DNA of 32,000 nucleotides from Candidatus Saccharimonadota bacterium (GTDB lineage Bacteria; Patescibacteriota; Gracilibacteria; Absconditabacterales; Absconditicoccaceae): NCBI GenBank assembly GCA_030429145.1, contig JAUIDC010000001.1, positions 510,001 to 542,000 of the forward strand, read 5' to 3'. Shown piece by piece: positions 9,933 to 18,984 of this stretch (position 1 is its first letter; each line of letters starts with the position of its first letter). The notes under the pieces were generated by a model. It saw only the letters and a program-made list of their open reading frames with translations, ran no database searches and was not told where the DNA came from. The position numbers and the translations under genes were made by a program.

Positions 9933-10150
9933 GGTTGGTAGGCACAAAATGTATCTCTGGGGTTGAAAATCAGAAATCCCTCATTATAAGTAGGGTAAGA
10001 TCTGAGGTAAAAGTGAGACTCCATATCTCCTTCCCATCGACAATGACCAGGGGGCCGAAAAATGATCCGGATGTTCGATCTGGACTGAGCCTACCACTTA
10101 TGTATATGGGGGTCCGAGAATGCCAGTCCACGTTGCTTTGGATTTTTTTT
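9933..10150 (+). promoter_or_regulatory. Candidate structured leader RNA (riboswitch-like aptamer plus terminator/antiterminator) upstream of nhaA; class unresolved
   Basis: No credible ORF in this stretch. A long-range 8-bp helix pairs TGGTAGGC (9936-9943) with GCCTACCA (10089-10096). TGGACTG (10081-10087) can pair with CAGTCCA (10124-10130), and this competes with a hairpin AGTCCA-N8-TGGATT followed by T8 (10143-10150). An internal repeat is present: GGGGGCCGAAAAAUGAUCC (10050-10068) and GGGGGUCCGAGAAUGCC (10108-10124). Confidence 0.4.
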
Positions 10151-10276
10151 ATGCTTGGAAAATGGGCGAAAACATTGTTTTAGCCTCAATAATATTGACT
10201 TATCTTGTTGGTTTATTATAGTTGTCTGGTCGTCGTTCATTAAAAGTTCATTATTAATCTAAAAACAAAAACAATT

Positions 10277-11647
10277 TTGCTTATGATGCAGACCATCAAA
10301 AAAACAAGAAAAGTATTATATAAATATCTCATTGATCAGCAGTTGTTTATCATGGCAGGGTTGGTGTTGGGTATGGTCTGTGTTGCAATCTATCCGCCAC
10401 TGTATGACCTGTTTGCTCAAGAGTGGTTCTTCGTTGGACCACTTCCAATCATGCTAAAAACAATTGGACAATGGGGTGTTATGCTCTTGATTACTACCAT
10501 TATCATGGAACTTGTTCAGGGGCTGGTTCCCGAGAGAGGAAAATTGAGTAAGAAAGAGAACCGAGAAGTGGTTTTCTTGTCAATACTTAGTGCCTTTGGA
10601 GGTGTTATTGCTCCAGTTCTAGTATATCTCGCATTGGTTGATATTATTATCCCAGATGGGGTATTAAAGGATCAACTTACGGGTGCTTGGCCAATAGTGT
10701 GCGCCACTGATATAGTTTTTGCTATACTGTTGGCAAGGTGGTTCAAAAAGAAGAACCATAAGAACGAAGCATTTTATCTAGAGCTACTTGCTGTGGGTGA
10801 TGATGTGATCATGTTGTTGCTCATCGTCATAGGTGGTGCCGTTGGTTGGTTCATCAGCCATTCGCCTCATCTGTCTACTGCATGGCTTGTTGGTTCTATC
10901 GTTTGGATAGTGTTGGTGTTTGTTCGTGGAATCATTCTGCGGAAGACAAAAACTCACTATTCAGAAGCTGATATCCTCCTGCTTATTGTGCTGACCTTTA
11001 TCACTGGTTATTTCATGGAACTTCTGGGTCTCCATGGTGTTCTTGCTTCTATTATTGTTTTCTCGCCAATGATGAGGAAAGAATATATGAAAGTTCGTAA
11101 GGCAAAAGGTGATGAGACTAGCCCTCAAGAGTCTTCTATAGAAGAGGAGTTCCTTGATATACCAGATCATGCTCATAAAGAAAATGTGGAAGACCCCATC
11201 TCTCTTGTAGAGGAGACGATGAAGCCAGTTACGCAGACTTTATTGTTTGTGTTTGGCTTTACTTCAGCGGTTCCACTGACATTGAAATATTTTGCATACC
11301 CTTTGCCATGGATTATCGTTGCTTCGGTTGTCGTGGGTAAGCTATTGGGTATTGTCTCATTTCATAAGCTTTTTGCATGGCTTCGTGGCTACAAGGAGAA
11401 GCTGGATATCACTTTCATCGGTTTGAATGCCGGTGTTGGATTTACTGTTGCGATATTCGTCGCACAGTTGTTACTGTCAGGAGAGGTGTTAAAGCAGGCT
11501 ATACTTGGCTGTGTATTAACCTTTCCTTCGGTATGGACTATAAACATTATTATTTCTTTCGTAAGAAAGTACACACAACGACGCGAATGATGACAATTAT
11601 TTTGAAAGACGGTGGTGAATTTGCCACCGTTTTTTTCGTATTTGTAA
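10277..11647 (+). CDS. nhaA: Na+/H+ antiporter NhaA
   Basis: NhaA signatures are present: WPIVCATDIVFA (E. coli WAIPAATDIAFA, D133), LLAVGDDVIML (IIDDLGAI, D163/D164) and VVGKLLGIVSF (K300 region). The standard-code ORF ends at TGA-TGA (11588-11593). Under code 25 it reads on for 19 codons to the TAA at 11645-11647. Confidence 0.8.
11609..11636 (+). terminator. Rho-independent terminator
   Basis: Stem ACGGTGG / CCACCGT with an 8-nt loop, followed by T7. It lies within the code-25 tail of nhaA. Confidence 0.7.
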
Positions 11648-11725
11648 AGAAAAAAGCGAGAGTTTAAGGTTGTAATCAGCGAGGAGATACGTATCATCAA
11701 CTCTTGTCGGAAGTTTAGATTTAAT

Positions 11726-12568
11726 GTGAAAAGTGAGACAATGGCAGCGCCAGCAGAACATGGACTCTTCGCTATAGACATAGCAGGACATGCACTTCAT
11801 ATAGATAATGCGATGGTGGGTACTTGGGGACTTACTATCGTTATTTTGGTATTGGCGTTGCTTATCAGAAGATATCCTATGAATGGAGCCGTTATACTCT
11901 TTAAGAGTATCTTTGAAACGCTTCATGACTTTTTCATGGAGATACTTGGTGGAAAAGAAAAGAAGTGGATTGTGTCGACTGTATTGGCGATATTCTTTAT
12001 TGTCTTGTTTTCAAATGTGTTGGCAGTCTTTGTCGATGCATTTAACTTTGCGTATCCTATAGAGCACTATTTTGTGCCTCCGACAACCAATCTGATGTAC
12101 AACATGGGTATAGCCATCTTTATCGTTGTGTTAGTCTTTGCGATACAGATCATGTATCATGGCTGGCGACATTTTGCACAGGAATTTGTGCCGGTTTTCG
12201 GTAAAAATATCGTAACCGTAGAAAGAGGAAATATGCCTGGGTATGTGTATCGACCATTGAAGGTTTTTGTGAAGATTTTTGATATTGTTTTATCGTTATT
12301 CCTTGGATTTCTTGAAGTCGTAGGGAATATCGCCAAAGTAATATCCCTGTCTAACAGGCTCTTTGGTAATATGCTTGCTGGAACGATACTTGTGACTATC
12401 TTGGTGACATCGCTCAATCTTGCGACACAGAGTATAGTGGGACTCAATATTCCGTTCCTTGTTCCTATCTTGCTTTATCTGCAAGGGCTTCTTGTTGGTG
12501 TGATCCAAGCGTTTGTGATGGCACTCCTTGCAGCGATCTTTATTAGAGTAGCAAGAGGAGCTGACTAA
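11726..12568 (+). CDS. atpB: F0F1 ATP synthase subunit a
   Basis: Polytopic membrane protein with the conserved stator-arginine motif SNRLFGNMLAGT. First gene of the atp cluster. The start is GTG 11726 or ATG 11741. Confidence 0.85.
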   Translation: MKSETMAAPAEHGLFAIDIAGHALHIDNAMVGTWGLTIVILVLALLIRRYPMNGAVILFKSIFETLHDFFMEILGGKEKKWIVSTVLAIFFIVLFSNVLAVFVDAFNFAYPIEHYFVPPTTNLMYNMGIAIFIVVLVFAIQIMYHGWRHFAQEFVPVFGKNIVTVERGNMPGYVYRPLKVFVKIFDIVLSLFLGFLEVVGNIAKVISLSNRLFGNMLAGTILVTILVTSLNLATQSIVGLNIPFLVPILLYLQGLLVGVIQAFVMALLAAIFIRVARGAD

Positions 12569-12595
12569 TAGTAAATTATTTATCTTCTTATCATA

Positions 12596-13048
12596 ATGGT
12601 TAACATGAATGTAGCACTTATTGGAGCTTGAATCGCAGTTGGTTTAGCGGGTGTCGGTGTGGCGCTTGGTGACATGTATCTTGCGAGAAGAGGTATTGAT
12701 GCTCTTGGGAAGAACCCTAACTTGAGCGGAGGTATCATGGTATTTATGATTCTTGGGCTTGCGCTTGTAGAGTCTGCAGCGATTTACGGATTGATTATTG
12801 CATTCCAGATCCTTGACGGAGGTGCAACGCTTTCTGCAGTAAATGGTATCGGTGCAGGTCTTGCTATCGGTGTTCCGGGTCTTGCAGTAGCGATCGGTGA
12901 AGGTCGAGTTATCGGGCAGGCTATCGATTCGTTCCTCAGAAATCCTGAGACGAGAGGTAAGATCATGACAAATATGATTTTGTCAGTAGCACTTATCGAG
13001 TCTATTGCGATCTACGGTCTGATCATCGCATTTAGACTTCTTGGGTAA
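12596..13048 (+). CDS. atpE: F-type ATP synthase subunit c, tandemly duplicated (two hairpins, 150 aa)
   Basis: It has two homologous halves. Each carries a G-rich helix 1, a polar loop (GKNPN / LRNPE), and a helix 2 with LALVESAAIYGLIIAF or VALIESIAIYGLIIAF. The start at ATG 12596 is recovered by reading the TGA at 12629 as Gly (LIGA-G-IAVG). Confidence 0.85.
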
Positions 13049-13075
13049 TTTTACTCTTTTGTTCACACATCTGTT

Positions 13076-13552
13076 ATGGATATACAATGGGATATACTCG
13101 TCGTACAGATACTGAACTTTTTGATCATCTTTTTTATCTTCAAGAAATTTATCGGTGATAAAATTTTGACGGAGATAACAGAAAAGAGAGAACTTTTTGC
13201 GAAGCTCAAAAACCTAGAACAAGAGTGTGAGTGGATCGAAAAGAATGCAAAGGAAAAGGCGGCGCAGATCGTGCATGAAGGTGTAGAGCACAAAAATGCT
13301 CTTATCCATGATGCGAAATCACTTGCGCAGCAACAGCAAGAGGCAATGATCTCGGAGGCTCAACGTCGTGCTGACTCTATCGTAGAGCAAGCACAAGTAG
13401 AAGCTGATCTGATGAAAAAAGATCTTACTGCTGACTTTGCAGATAGCGTCAAAAAGACAACAAAATTGGTTGTGGATAAACTGGTGCATGATAATGCACA
13501 GCTCCAGGATCAGTATCTCGACACATTGGTGAAAGAGGCCTCGGCCAAATAG
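13076..13552 (+). CDS. atpF: F0F1 ATP synthase subunit b
   Basis: N-terminal TM helix followed by a long charged coiled-coil (A/E/K/Q-rich), positioned between c and delta. Confidence 0.8.
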   Translation: MDIQWDILVVQILNFLIIFFIFKKFIGDKILTEITEKRELFAKLKNLEQECEWIEKNAKEKAAQIVHEGVEHKNALIHDAKSLAQQQQEAMISEAQRRADSIVEQAQVEADLMKKDLTADFADSVKKTTKLVVDKLVHDNAQLQDQYLDTLVKEASAK

Positions 13553-13560
13553 CTTTATAT

Positions 13561-14016
13561 TTGCATATTCGCGTCATGCGTATTACTAATAAACAGTTTT
13601 ACGAAAGCTATCTTGCATCGTATGATGGGCAAACTATCTATACGATCCTTTCACGTATCTTATTTCTTCTCAAGAAAAAGCATCTTGCGCTCTTCTTGCG
13701 TGTTCACGAAAAGCAGCCTTCGGCTGCGACGCAGGAGATGGCTGACATGATCATTGCTTTGAAAAAAGTAGGCAAACTTTCTCGCGAAAGTCTGTCTGCA
13801 CTCCTGCGTCTTGTGCAGGATAAAGCAGGATTGCCAGCACAATTAACCGTGCGTCTCTCGAAGCAGATAGATGAGAAAGAGTTGAAGATGTTAGATGGTT
13901 GTAAAGAGGAGATGAAAGATCTAAGCCAGACTGAAGCGCTAGAACTATTCATACAGAAATGAACAGATATCTATAAGAGGTCACTGCAAGGTGATTTGAA
14001 TAAGCTACTAGATTAA
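13561..14016 (+). CDS. atpH: F0F1 ATP synthase subunit delta (OSCP), short
   Basis: The call rests on its position between b and alpha and its helical protein. The TGA at 13960 is read through to the TAA at 14014-14016, giving the tail IQK-G-TDIYKRSLQGDLNKLLD. The start is ambiguous (TTG 13561 or ATG 13576). Confidence 0.6.
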
Positions 14017-14040
14017 CTTTAATTATATTATCGTACGTAT

Positions 14041-15576
14041 ATGTCAGTAACACAAGACATTTTAAAGAAGATAGAAGAGCAGATTCAGGAGGTGAAGCTT
14101 TCTGATGAGCTTTCAGCTAAAGGTCAGATCCTAGAGATCCGTGATGGAGTCGCGACAGTAACAGGGCTCCAGTCTGCTATGTTCTCAGAGATCGTCGTTT
14201 TTGAAAACGGTACTAAAGGTTTGGTGCTCGATCTTTTGGAAGATAGCGTTGGTGTGCTTATCTTGGGTGACTATGGTACGCTCGAGCAGGGACAGGTTGT
14301 ACAGACTACCGGCAAAGTATTTTCAGTAGGAGTCGGTGACGCATATCTTGGTCGTGTGCTCAATGGTATCGGTGAGCCTCTCGATGGGAAAGGCGAGGTA
14401 AAAGCAGAGGATAACTATCCTGTGGAAAAAGTTGCTCCAGGTGTGATGACCAGAGAGGCAGTAAATCAACCTTTGCAGACTGGTATCAAGGCTATTGATA
14501 CAATGGTGCCGATTGGTCGTGGTCAGCGTGAGCTTATTATCGGTGACAGACAGACTGGTAAAACCACTGTCGCTATCGATACGATTCTCAATCAGAAAAA
14601 CGAAGGTGTTTACTGTGTCTATGTCGCTATCGGACAGAAAGAAAGCAAGGTAAGAAGACTTGTTGAGACACTACAGGAGAAGGGTGCAATGGACTATACG
14701 ATTGTCGTATCAGCTCCAGCAAATACACCTTCAGTGATGCAATATATCGCTCCATATGTAGGGTGTGCTCTTGGTGAATATTTCATGAATACTGGTAGAG
14801 ATGCTCTCATCATCTACGATGATCTTTCGAAGCATGCTGTAGCATATCGTGAAGTGTCGCTTCTTCTCAGAAGACCTCCAGGACGTGAGGCATATCCAGG
14901 TGACGTGTTCTATCTTCACTCAAGACTCCTTGAGCGTGCTGCGAGAGTGAATGAAGAGTATGTGAAAGAGGTGTCAGGTGGAAAGATAACGGGTAAAACA
15001 GGCTCTCTTACTGCGCTTCCTATCATTGAAACACAAGCAGGAGATATCTCTGCATATGTACCGACAAACGTAATTTCTATTACGGATGGGCAGATCTTCC
15101 TCGAGACAGATCTCTTCAATGCAGGTGTGAGACCAGCAGTAAATACAGGTCTTTCTGTATCTCGTGTAGGAGGTTCGGCACAGACGAAGATCGTCAAGAA
15201 AGTATCTGGTACGCTAAAGCTTGAACTTGCTAATGCTCGTGAGCTTCAAGCATTTGCACAGTTCGCTTCAGACCTTGATGCGACGACAGTGGCGAAGATC
15301 GATCGTGGAAATAGACTTACTGAGATGCTCAAACAAGGTGCTAATCAGCCTAGACCATTTGCTAATCAAGCAGTGCTTGTCTACGCAGGTGTGAAAGGGT
15401 ATCTCGATAAACTCGAAGTTTCACAGGTGCTTCCACTCGAGAAGATTATCAATGATAAGTTAGATAGTTCATACAAGTCACTTTTTGATAAGATCGTAGA
15501 GAAGAAAGAATTGTCAGAGGAGATAGAAGGTGAGATTAAGAAGTTGTTGGATGAGGCTGTAGCAGAAGTAAAATAA
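14041..15576 (+). CDS. atpA: F0F1 ATP synthase subunit alpha
   Basis: Walker A motif GDRQTGKT, plus [46 protein letters not shown]. Full length (511 aa), no TGA. Confidence 0.95.
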   Translation: MSVTQDILKKIEEQIQEVKLSDELSAKGQILEIRDGVATVTGLQSAMFSEIVVFENGTKGLVLDLLEDSVGVLILGDYGTLEQGQVVQTTGKVFSVGVGDAYLGRVLNGIGEPLDGKGEVKAEDNYPVEKVAPGVMTREAVNQPLQTGIKAIDTMVPIGRGQRELIIGDRQTGKTTVAIDTILNQKNEGVYCVYVAIGQKESKVRRLVETLQEKGAMDYTIVVSAPANTPSVMQYIAPYVGCALGEYFMNTGRDALIIYDDLSKHAVAYREVSLLLRRPPGREAYPGDVFYLHSRLLERAARVNEEYVKEVSGGKITGKTGSLTALPIIETQAGDISAYVPTNVISITDGQIFLETDLFNAGVRPAVNTGLSVSRVGGSAQTKIVKKVSGTLKLELANARELQAFAQFASDLDATTVAKIDRGNRLTEMLKQGANQPRPFANQAVLVYAGVKGYLDKLEVSQVLPLEKIINDKLDSSYKSLFDKIVEKKELSEEIEGEIKKLLDEAVAEVK

Positions 15577-15606
15577 TTAAAAATTCATAAAATAAAAAAT
15601 GTGTAG

Positions 15607-15634
15607 AAGGCGTCGGTTGGCGTCTTTTTTTTTT
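15607..15634 (+). terminator. Rho-independent terminator after atpA
   Basis: 6-bp stem AAGGCG / CGTCTT (one G-U pair) followed by a T-rich run (TTTTTTTTTT). Confidence 0.5.
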
Positions 15635-15635
15635 G

Positions 15636-15663
15636 TTGACATACTTTTATAATAAACTATAAT
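15636..15663 (+). promoter_or_regulatory. Consensus sigma-70-type promoter
   Basis: TTGACA (15636-15641), a 16-nt spacer, then TATAAT (15658-15663), located 27 nt upstream of the 15690 start codon. Confidence 0.5.
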
Positions 15664-15689
15664 ACAGATCTAAACAAAAGCGAATAATT

Positions 15690-16055
15690 ATGAAAAGAAT
15701 CATTATGTTGAGCATACTTATGCTCGTTGCGACCGTTTCGTCATTTGCGTCTAGCTCCTGGTATATGCAGCCTGCTAGTCAGCCAGCCTCTCTCATTGAT
15801 ATAGTTGTTATGTCTGCGGGAATAGTTGGCTTGATCTGCTCATTTATCGTGTTCAAGGGTAATGGCGATTTCAATAAGAATGGCGTGGTCATAAGTACAA
15901 TTATTTTGACCAGTATGCTTCTTATTGTAGGCCTATCTGTTGGAGGAACTGCTATCGGACTTTTTGCTAGCTTCGTGTTTGCGGCACTGTGTCTGATAGG
16001 CAGTTTTGTTGGCTGGCTTGTCAGCAGAGAACAGTTTATCATCAGCACGACATAA
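15690..16055 (+). CDS. Small integral membrane protein (signal peptide plus 3 TM segments), function unknown
   Basis: Uninterrupted 121-aa hydrophobic ORF with a TAA stop, flanked by a promoter and a terminator. Confidence 0.55.
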   Translation: MKRIIMLSILMLVATVSSFASSSWYMQPASQPASLIDIVVMSAGIVGLICSFIVFKGNGDFNKNGVVISTIILTSMLLIVGLSVGGTAIGLFASFVFAALCLIGSFVGWLVSREQFIISTT

Positions 16056-16080
16056 GTTACAAAAAACATTGAATGTAAGA

Positions 16081-16107
16081 ACGCTTCGGATTTTCCGAGG
16101 CGTTTTT
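16081..16107 (+). terminator. Rho-independent terminator
   Basis: 9-bp stem ACGCTTCGG / CCGAGGCGT (one G-U pair), loop ATTTT, then T5. Confidence 0.65.
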
Positions 16108-16149
16108 CTTTTCTCTTGGAATTAATTTCACATTTCCTATAACAGGGCT

Positions 16150-16473
16150 ATGAAGAAGATCAACGAAACGTTTACTTGCTTTGAGTGCGGAAAACAGGTG
16201 CCTGTTGCAGAAAAGACCTGTAGAAACCACTGTCCGTATTGCTTTGCATCGCTTCATGTCGATGGTGAAATTCCTGGAGATAGGAAGGGAGTAGAGACGT
16301 GCGGAGGACCGATGTATCCAAGGGCATATGAGCTGAGAAATGGCACTACAAAACTGCTATTTCAATGTGCAAAATGTGGTAAGGAACATCGAAATAAGGT
16401 GGCAGTGGATGATAATCTCATGACAATTGATGAAAAGATTGTCCAGTATAGACCGAAATTTGCAATGTTATAG
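16150..16473 (+). CDS. RNHCP-domain zinc-ribbon protein
   Basis: CFECGKQV...TCRNHCPYCFASLHVD...CAKCGKEH matches the RNHCP domain signature (R-N-H-C-P). Confidence 0.65.
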   Translation: MKKINETFTCFECGKQVPVAEKTCRNHCPYCFASLHVDGEIPGDRKGVETCGGPMYPRAYELRNGTTKLLFQCAKCGKEHRNKVAVDDNLMTIDEKIVQYRPKFAML

Positions 16474-16509
16474 GCATTTTCATATACTAATAGTATCTAG
16501 TTTTTTCGC

Positions 16510-18960
16510 ATGAGTATGCAGGATTTAATCATTATCGCGATAGGAATTATTGCCGTGTGGCTGATCGCTCTGGGTATGTACAGATCGATCATTTTGCAGC
16601 GAACAAAATCTTTTGCGGAAAAAAAGTCGAATAATCTCAGATTTTTACAGGTAAAGATACCGCAAAAGTCAGGAGATAGTGATCAGAAAAATGATAATAT
16701 CCAGAGCATGAAACAGAACATTGAGATCATGAATCAGGTGCTCAAGAACTTCTATGCGGTCTACTCAAATAAGCGAAAAGAAAATCGTCTGATCCAGAAC
16801 TATGTGAGTATGGAACTTCTCGTAGAGAAGGAGATGATTAAATTCATTATTGGTATTCCTAAGGATTACGTAGAAACGATAGAAAAAAATATATCGTCGT
16901 TTTATCCTGGTGCGGTAATCGACTATATCGATCAGCCGAAATTACTCGATGCGTGAAAGTATGTTGGTGGTGGAAGTTTTTCATTGTCGAAGAAAGACAC
17001 ATTTCCTATAAAGACCTATGAGGTGTTTGAGGCAGATCCGATGGAGTCGATCCTTTCGGCGTTTTCACGTGTAGACAATGAAGAGAAGCTTTGCCTCCAG
17101 ATATTGTTGGCGCCTGTGTCGGAGAAAGAGCAGGAGAATATGAGAAAATCGATAGATGATATTAAAGAGTGAAAAAAGAAGTCAGGATTTTGGTGAGGAT
17201 TCAAAGATCTGATCCCGAAGAGTGATAAAAAAGAAGATAAGCCAGAGAAGAAAAATACGAAATATTCATCACAGCAGATGGGTGACTTGGATAAGAAGAC
17301 AGAAGACGAACTCTACAATGTGACGATAAAAGCACTTGCAACGTCGCCACAGCCTCATCGTATCGATATCATCCTCAATGACCTTGCACGCAGCATGAGT
17401 CAGTACGCATACGTTGGGTTCAATATGCTCAATTTTAGCAAGGTGAAGACTGACCGTATCGCTGATTTTACGAGCACTTTTGTGAAGAGAGTGTTTGACA
17501 ACGGTGCGTCTATCTTCTCGTTTGTGAAACGTCAGCTCCTCAATATCAAAGAAATTTCTTCTATATTCCATTTCCCTCACTATCGCTTCAATCGTTCCCC
17601 ACGTATCAAGTGGCAGAACTATAAAGTAGTACCAGCGCCAGATGGGATCCCGACAGAGGGGCTCGAACTTGGGTACAATCTTTTTGCGGGTGTAAAAAGA
17701 GTGATTAAACTGAAAGATAAGGACAGATTCCGTCATTTCTATATTATTGGTCAGACGGGTACAGGTAAGTCGTCTATTATGGTGACCATGCTCAAACAAG
17801 ATATCGAGCAGGGCCGCGGATGTATGGTGATCGACCCGCATGGAGAGCTTTGTGAGACAGTTATGAAATACTATCCAAAGGATCGTATCGATGACCTTAT
17901 CTATTTTGATGCTTCCAATTTTGATTATCCACTTGGTGTAAATATTTTTACTGCACAAAATGAAGATGAGAGAAGTCTTATCGTGAGTGACCTGCTAGAC
18001 ATGTTCATCGGTATGTATGGTCATGAGATCTTTGGACCGCGTATCCAGGACTACTTTGCCAATGCAGCACTGACACTAATGGAGCAGCCTGACGGTGGTA
18101 CTCTGGCAGAGGTGGTTCGTATCTTTACCGACCCAGCATTTCAAAAAATTAAATTAAAAAATGTAACCAATCCAGTTGTTCGTACGCGATGGGAGAAAAC
18201 CTACGCATCAATGGGCGATCGTGAAAAGGCAGAGATGATACCATTCTTCCAGGCAAAATTTGGTCCGTTTATTACAAATTCTATGATACGTAATATTATT
18301 GGTCAGCCAAAGTCATCATTCGATGTGTCGAAAGCAATGCAGGAAAATAAAGTTATCTTGGTAAATCTTTCAAAAGGATTGCTCGGTGAGTTCAACTCGC
18401 AGCTACTTGGACGTATGATGGTAACACAGGTAAAAGTAGCTGCGCTTCGTCGTGCAGGTATGGCGGAGGAAGATCGTGTGCCTTTCTATCTCTATGTGGA
18501 TGAGATGCAGAACTATGTATCGAAATCTATTGAATCAGTACTCTCAGAAGCTCGTAAATATAAGCTCGGTATGATCATGGCGCATCAGTATATCGACCAA
18601 CTCAAACAGTGAGGCCTTGGCGGAGAAAGTGATCTGTCAAAAGCCATCTTCGGTAATGTGGGTAATATCCTCTCATACCGTGTTGGTCCGAATGATGCAG
18701 AGTTCCTTGAGAAACAATACGCTCCAGTCTTTAGTCAGCAAGATCTCGTCAATCTCGACCAGTTCAAATGTTGTTTCAAGATGGAAGTAGATGGACAATC
18801 TCTCAAGCCATTTAGCATGAACTGTATCAAATTCTTCCAAGAGTATCAAACAGTTAATACCGCAGAAAAAGTCGCTATCATGAAACAAATTTCAGCATTG
18901 AAACGGGGTAGAAAGAGAGATCTCGTGGAGAAGGAGATCTATTATAGAGTGGGTGTGTAG
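16510..18960 (+). CDS. Type IV secretion coupling-protein-like ATPase (VirD4/TraD/TraG family, membrane anchored)
   Basis: Four same-frame ORFs are joined by TGAs (16954, 17170, 17194, 18610). N-terminal TM segment. Walker A motif HFYIIGQTGTGKSS, Walker B motif FYLYVDEMQN, and a C-terminal AHQYIDQL...IFGNVGNILSYRVG motif typical of TraD/TraG C-termini. Confidence 0.6.
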
Positions 18961-18984
18961 AAAGAGCTTTATAGCTCTTTTTTA
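18961..18984. terminator. Hairpin terminator between convergent genes
   Basis: AAAGAGCT-TTAT-AGCTCTTT followed by a T run. It overlaps the 3' end of the minus-strand hydrolase gene. Confidence 0.5.

Noticed and set aside
9991-10030. Resemblance of GAGGUAAAAGUGAGACUCCAUA to the RNase P RNA CR-I/P4 motif (GAGGAAAGUCCGGGCUCCAUA).
   Set aside because: The element is only about 200 nt. It lacks the other conserved regions (the ACAGAA...GGCUUA P4 3' strand and the J11/12 motifs), and the GUCC core is not conserved.
10066-10097. tRNA/tmRNA-like element: CCGGA-TGTTCGA-TCTGG resembles a T-arm, followed by a GCCTACCA acceptor-like strand.
   Set aside because: The loop register does not give the G53-TTCGAxx-C61 geometry. 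Five extra nucleotides separate the stem from the acceptor-like strand. There is no D-arm, anticodon arm or tmRNA tag region.
10081-10130. Local similarity to E. coli 6S RNA segments (CUGAGCC...UACCAC and GUCCGAGAAGCC).
   Set aside because: The matches are short, the spacing differs greatly from 6S, and there is no extended closing stem or central bubble architecture. I kept it only as a model to test with Rfam.
17269-17958. Long antisense ORFs in the track (17269-17958 minus, 2828-3316 minus, 26087-26518 minus, 11389-11926 minus, 14916-15197 minus).
   Set aside because: Each lies opposite a well-supported conserved gene (TraD-like, trhO, the lipoprotein, nhaA/atpB, atpA). Each has an atypical composition. 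They are shadow ORFs.
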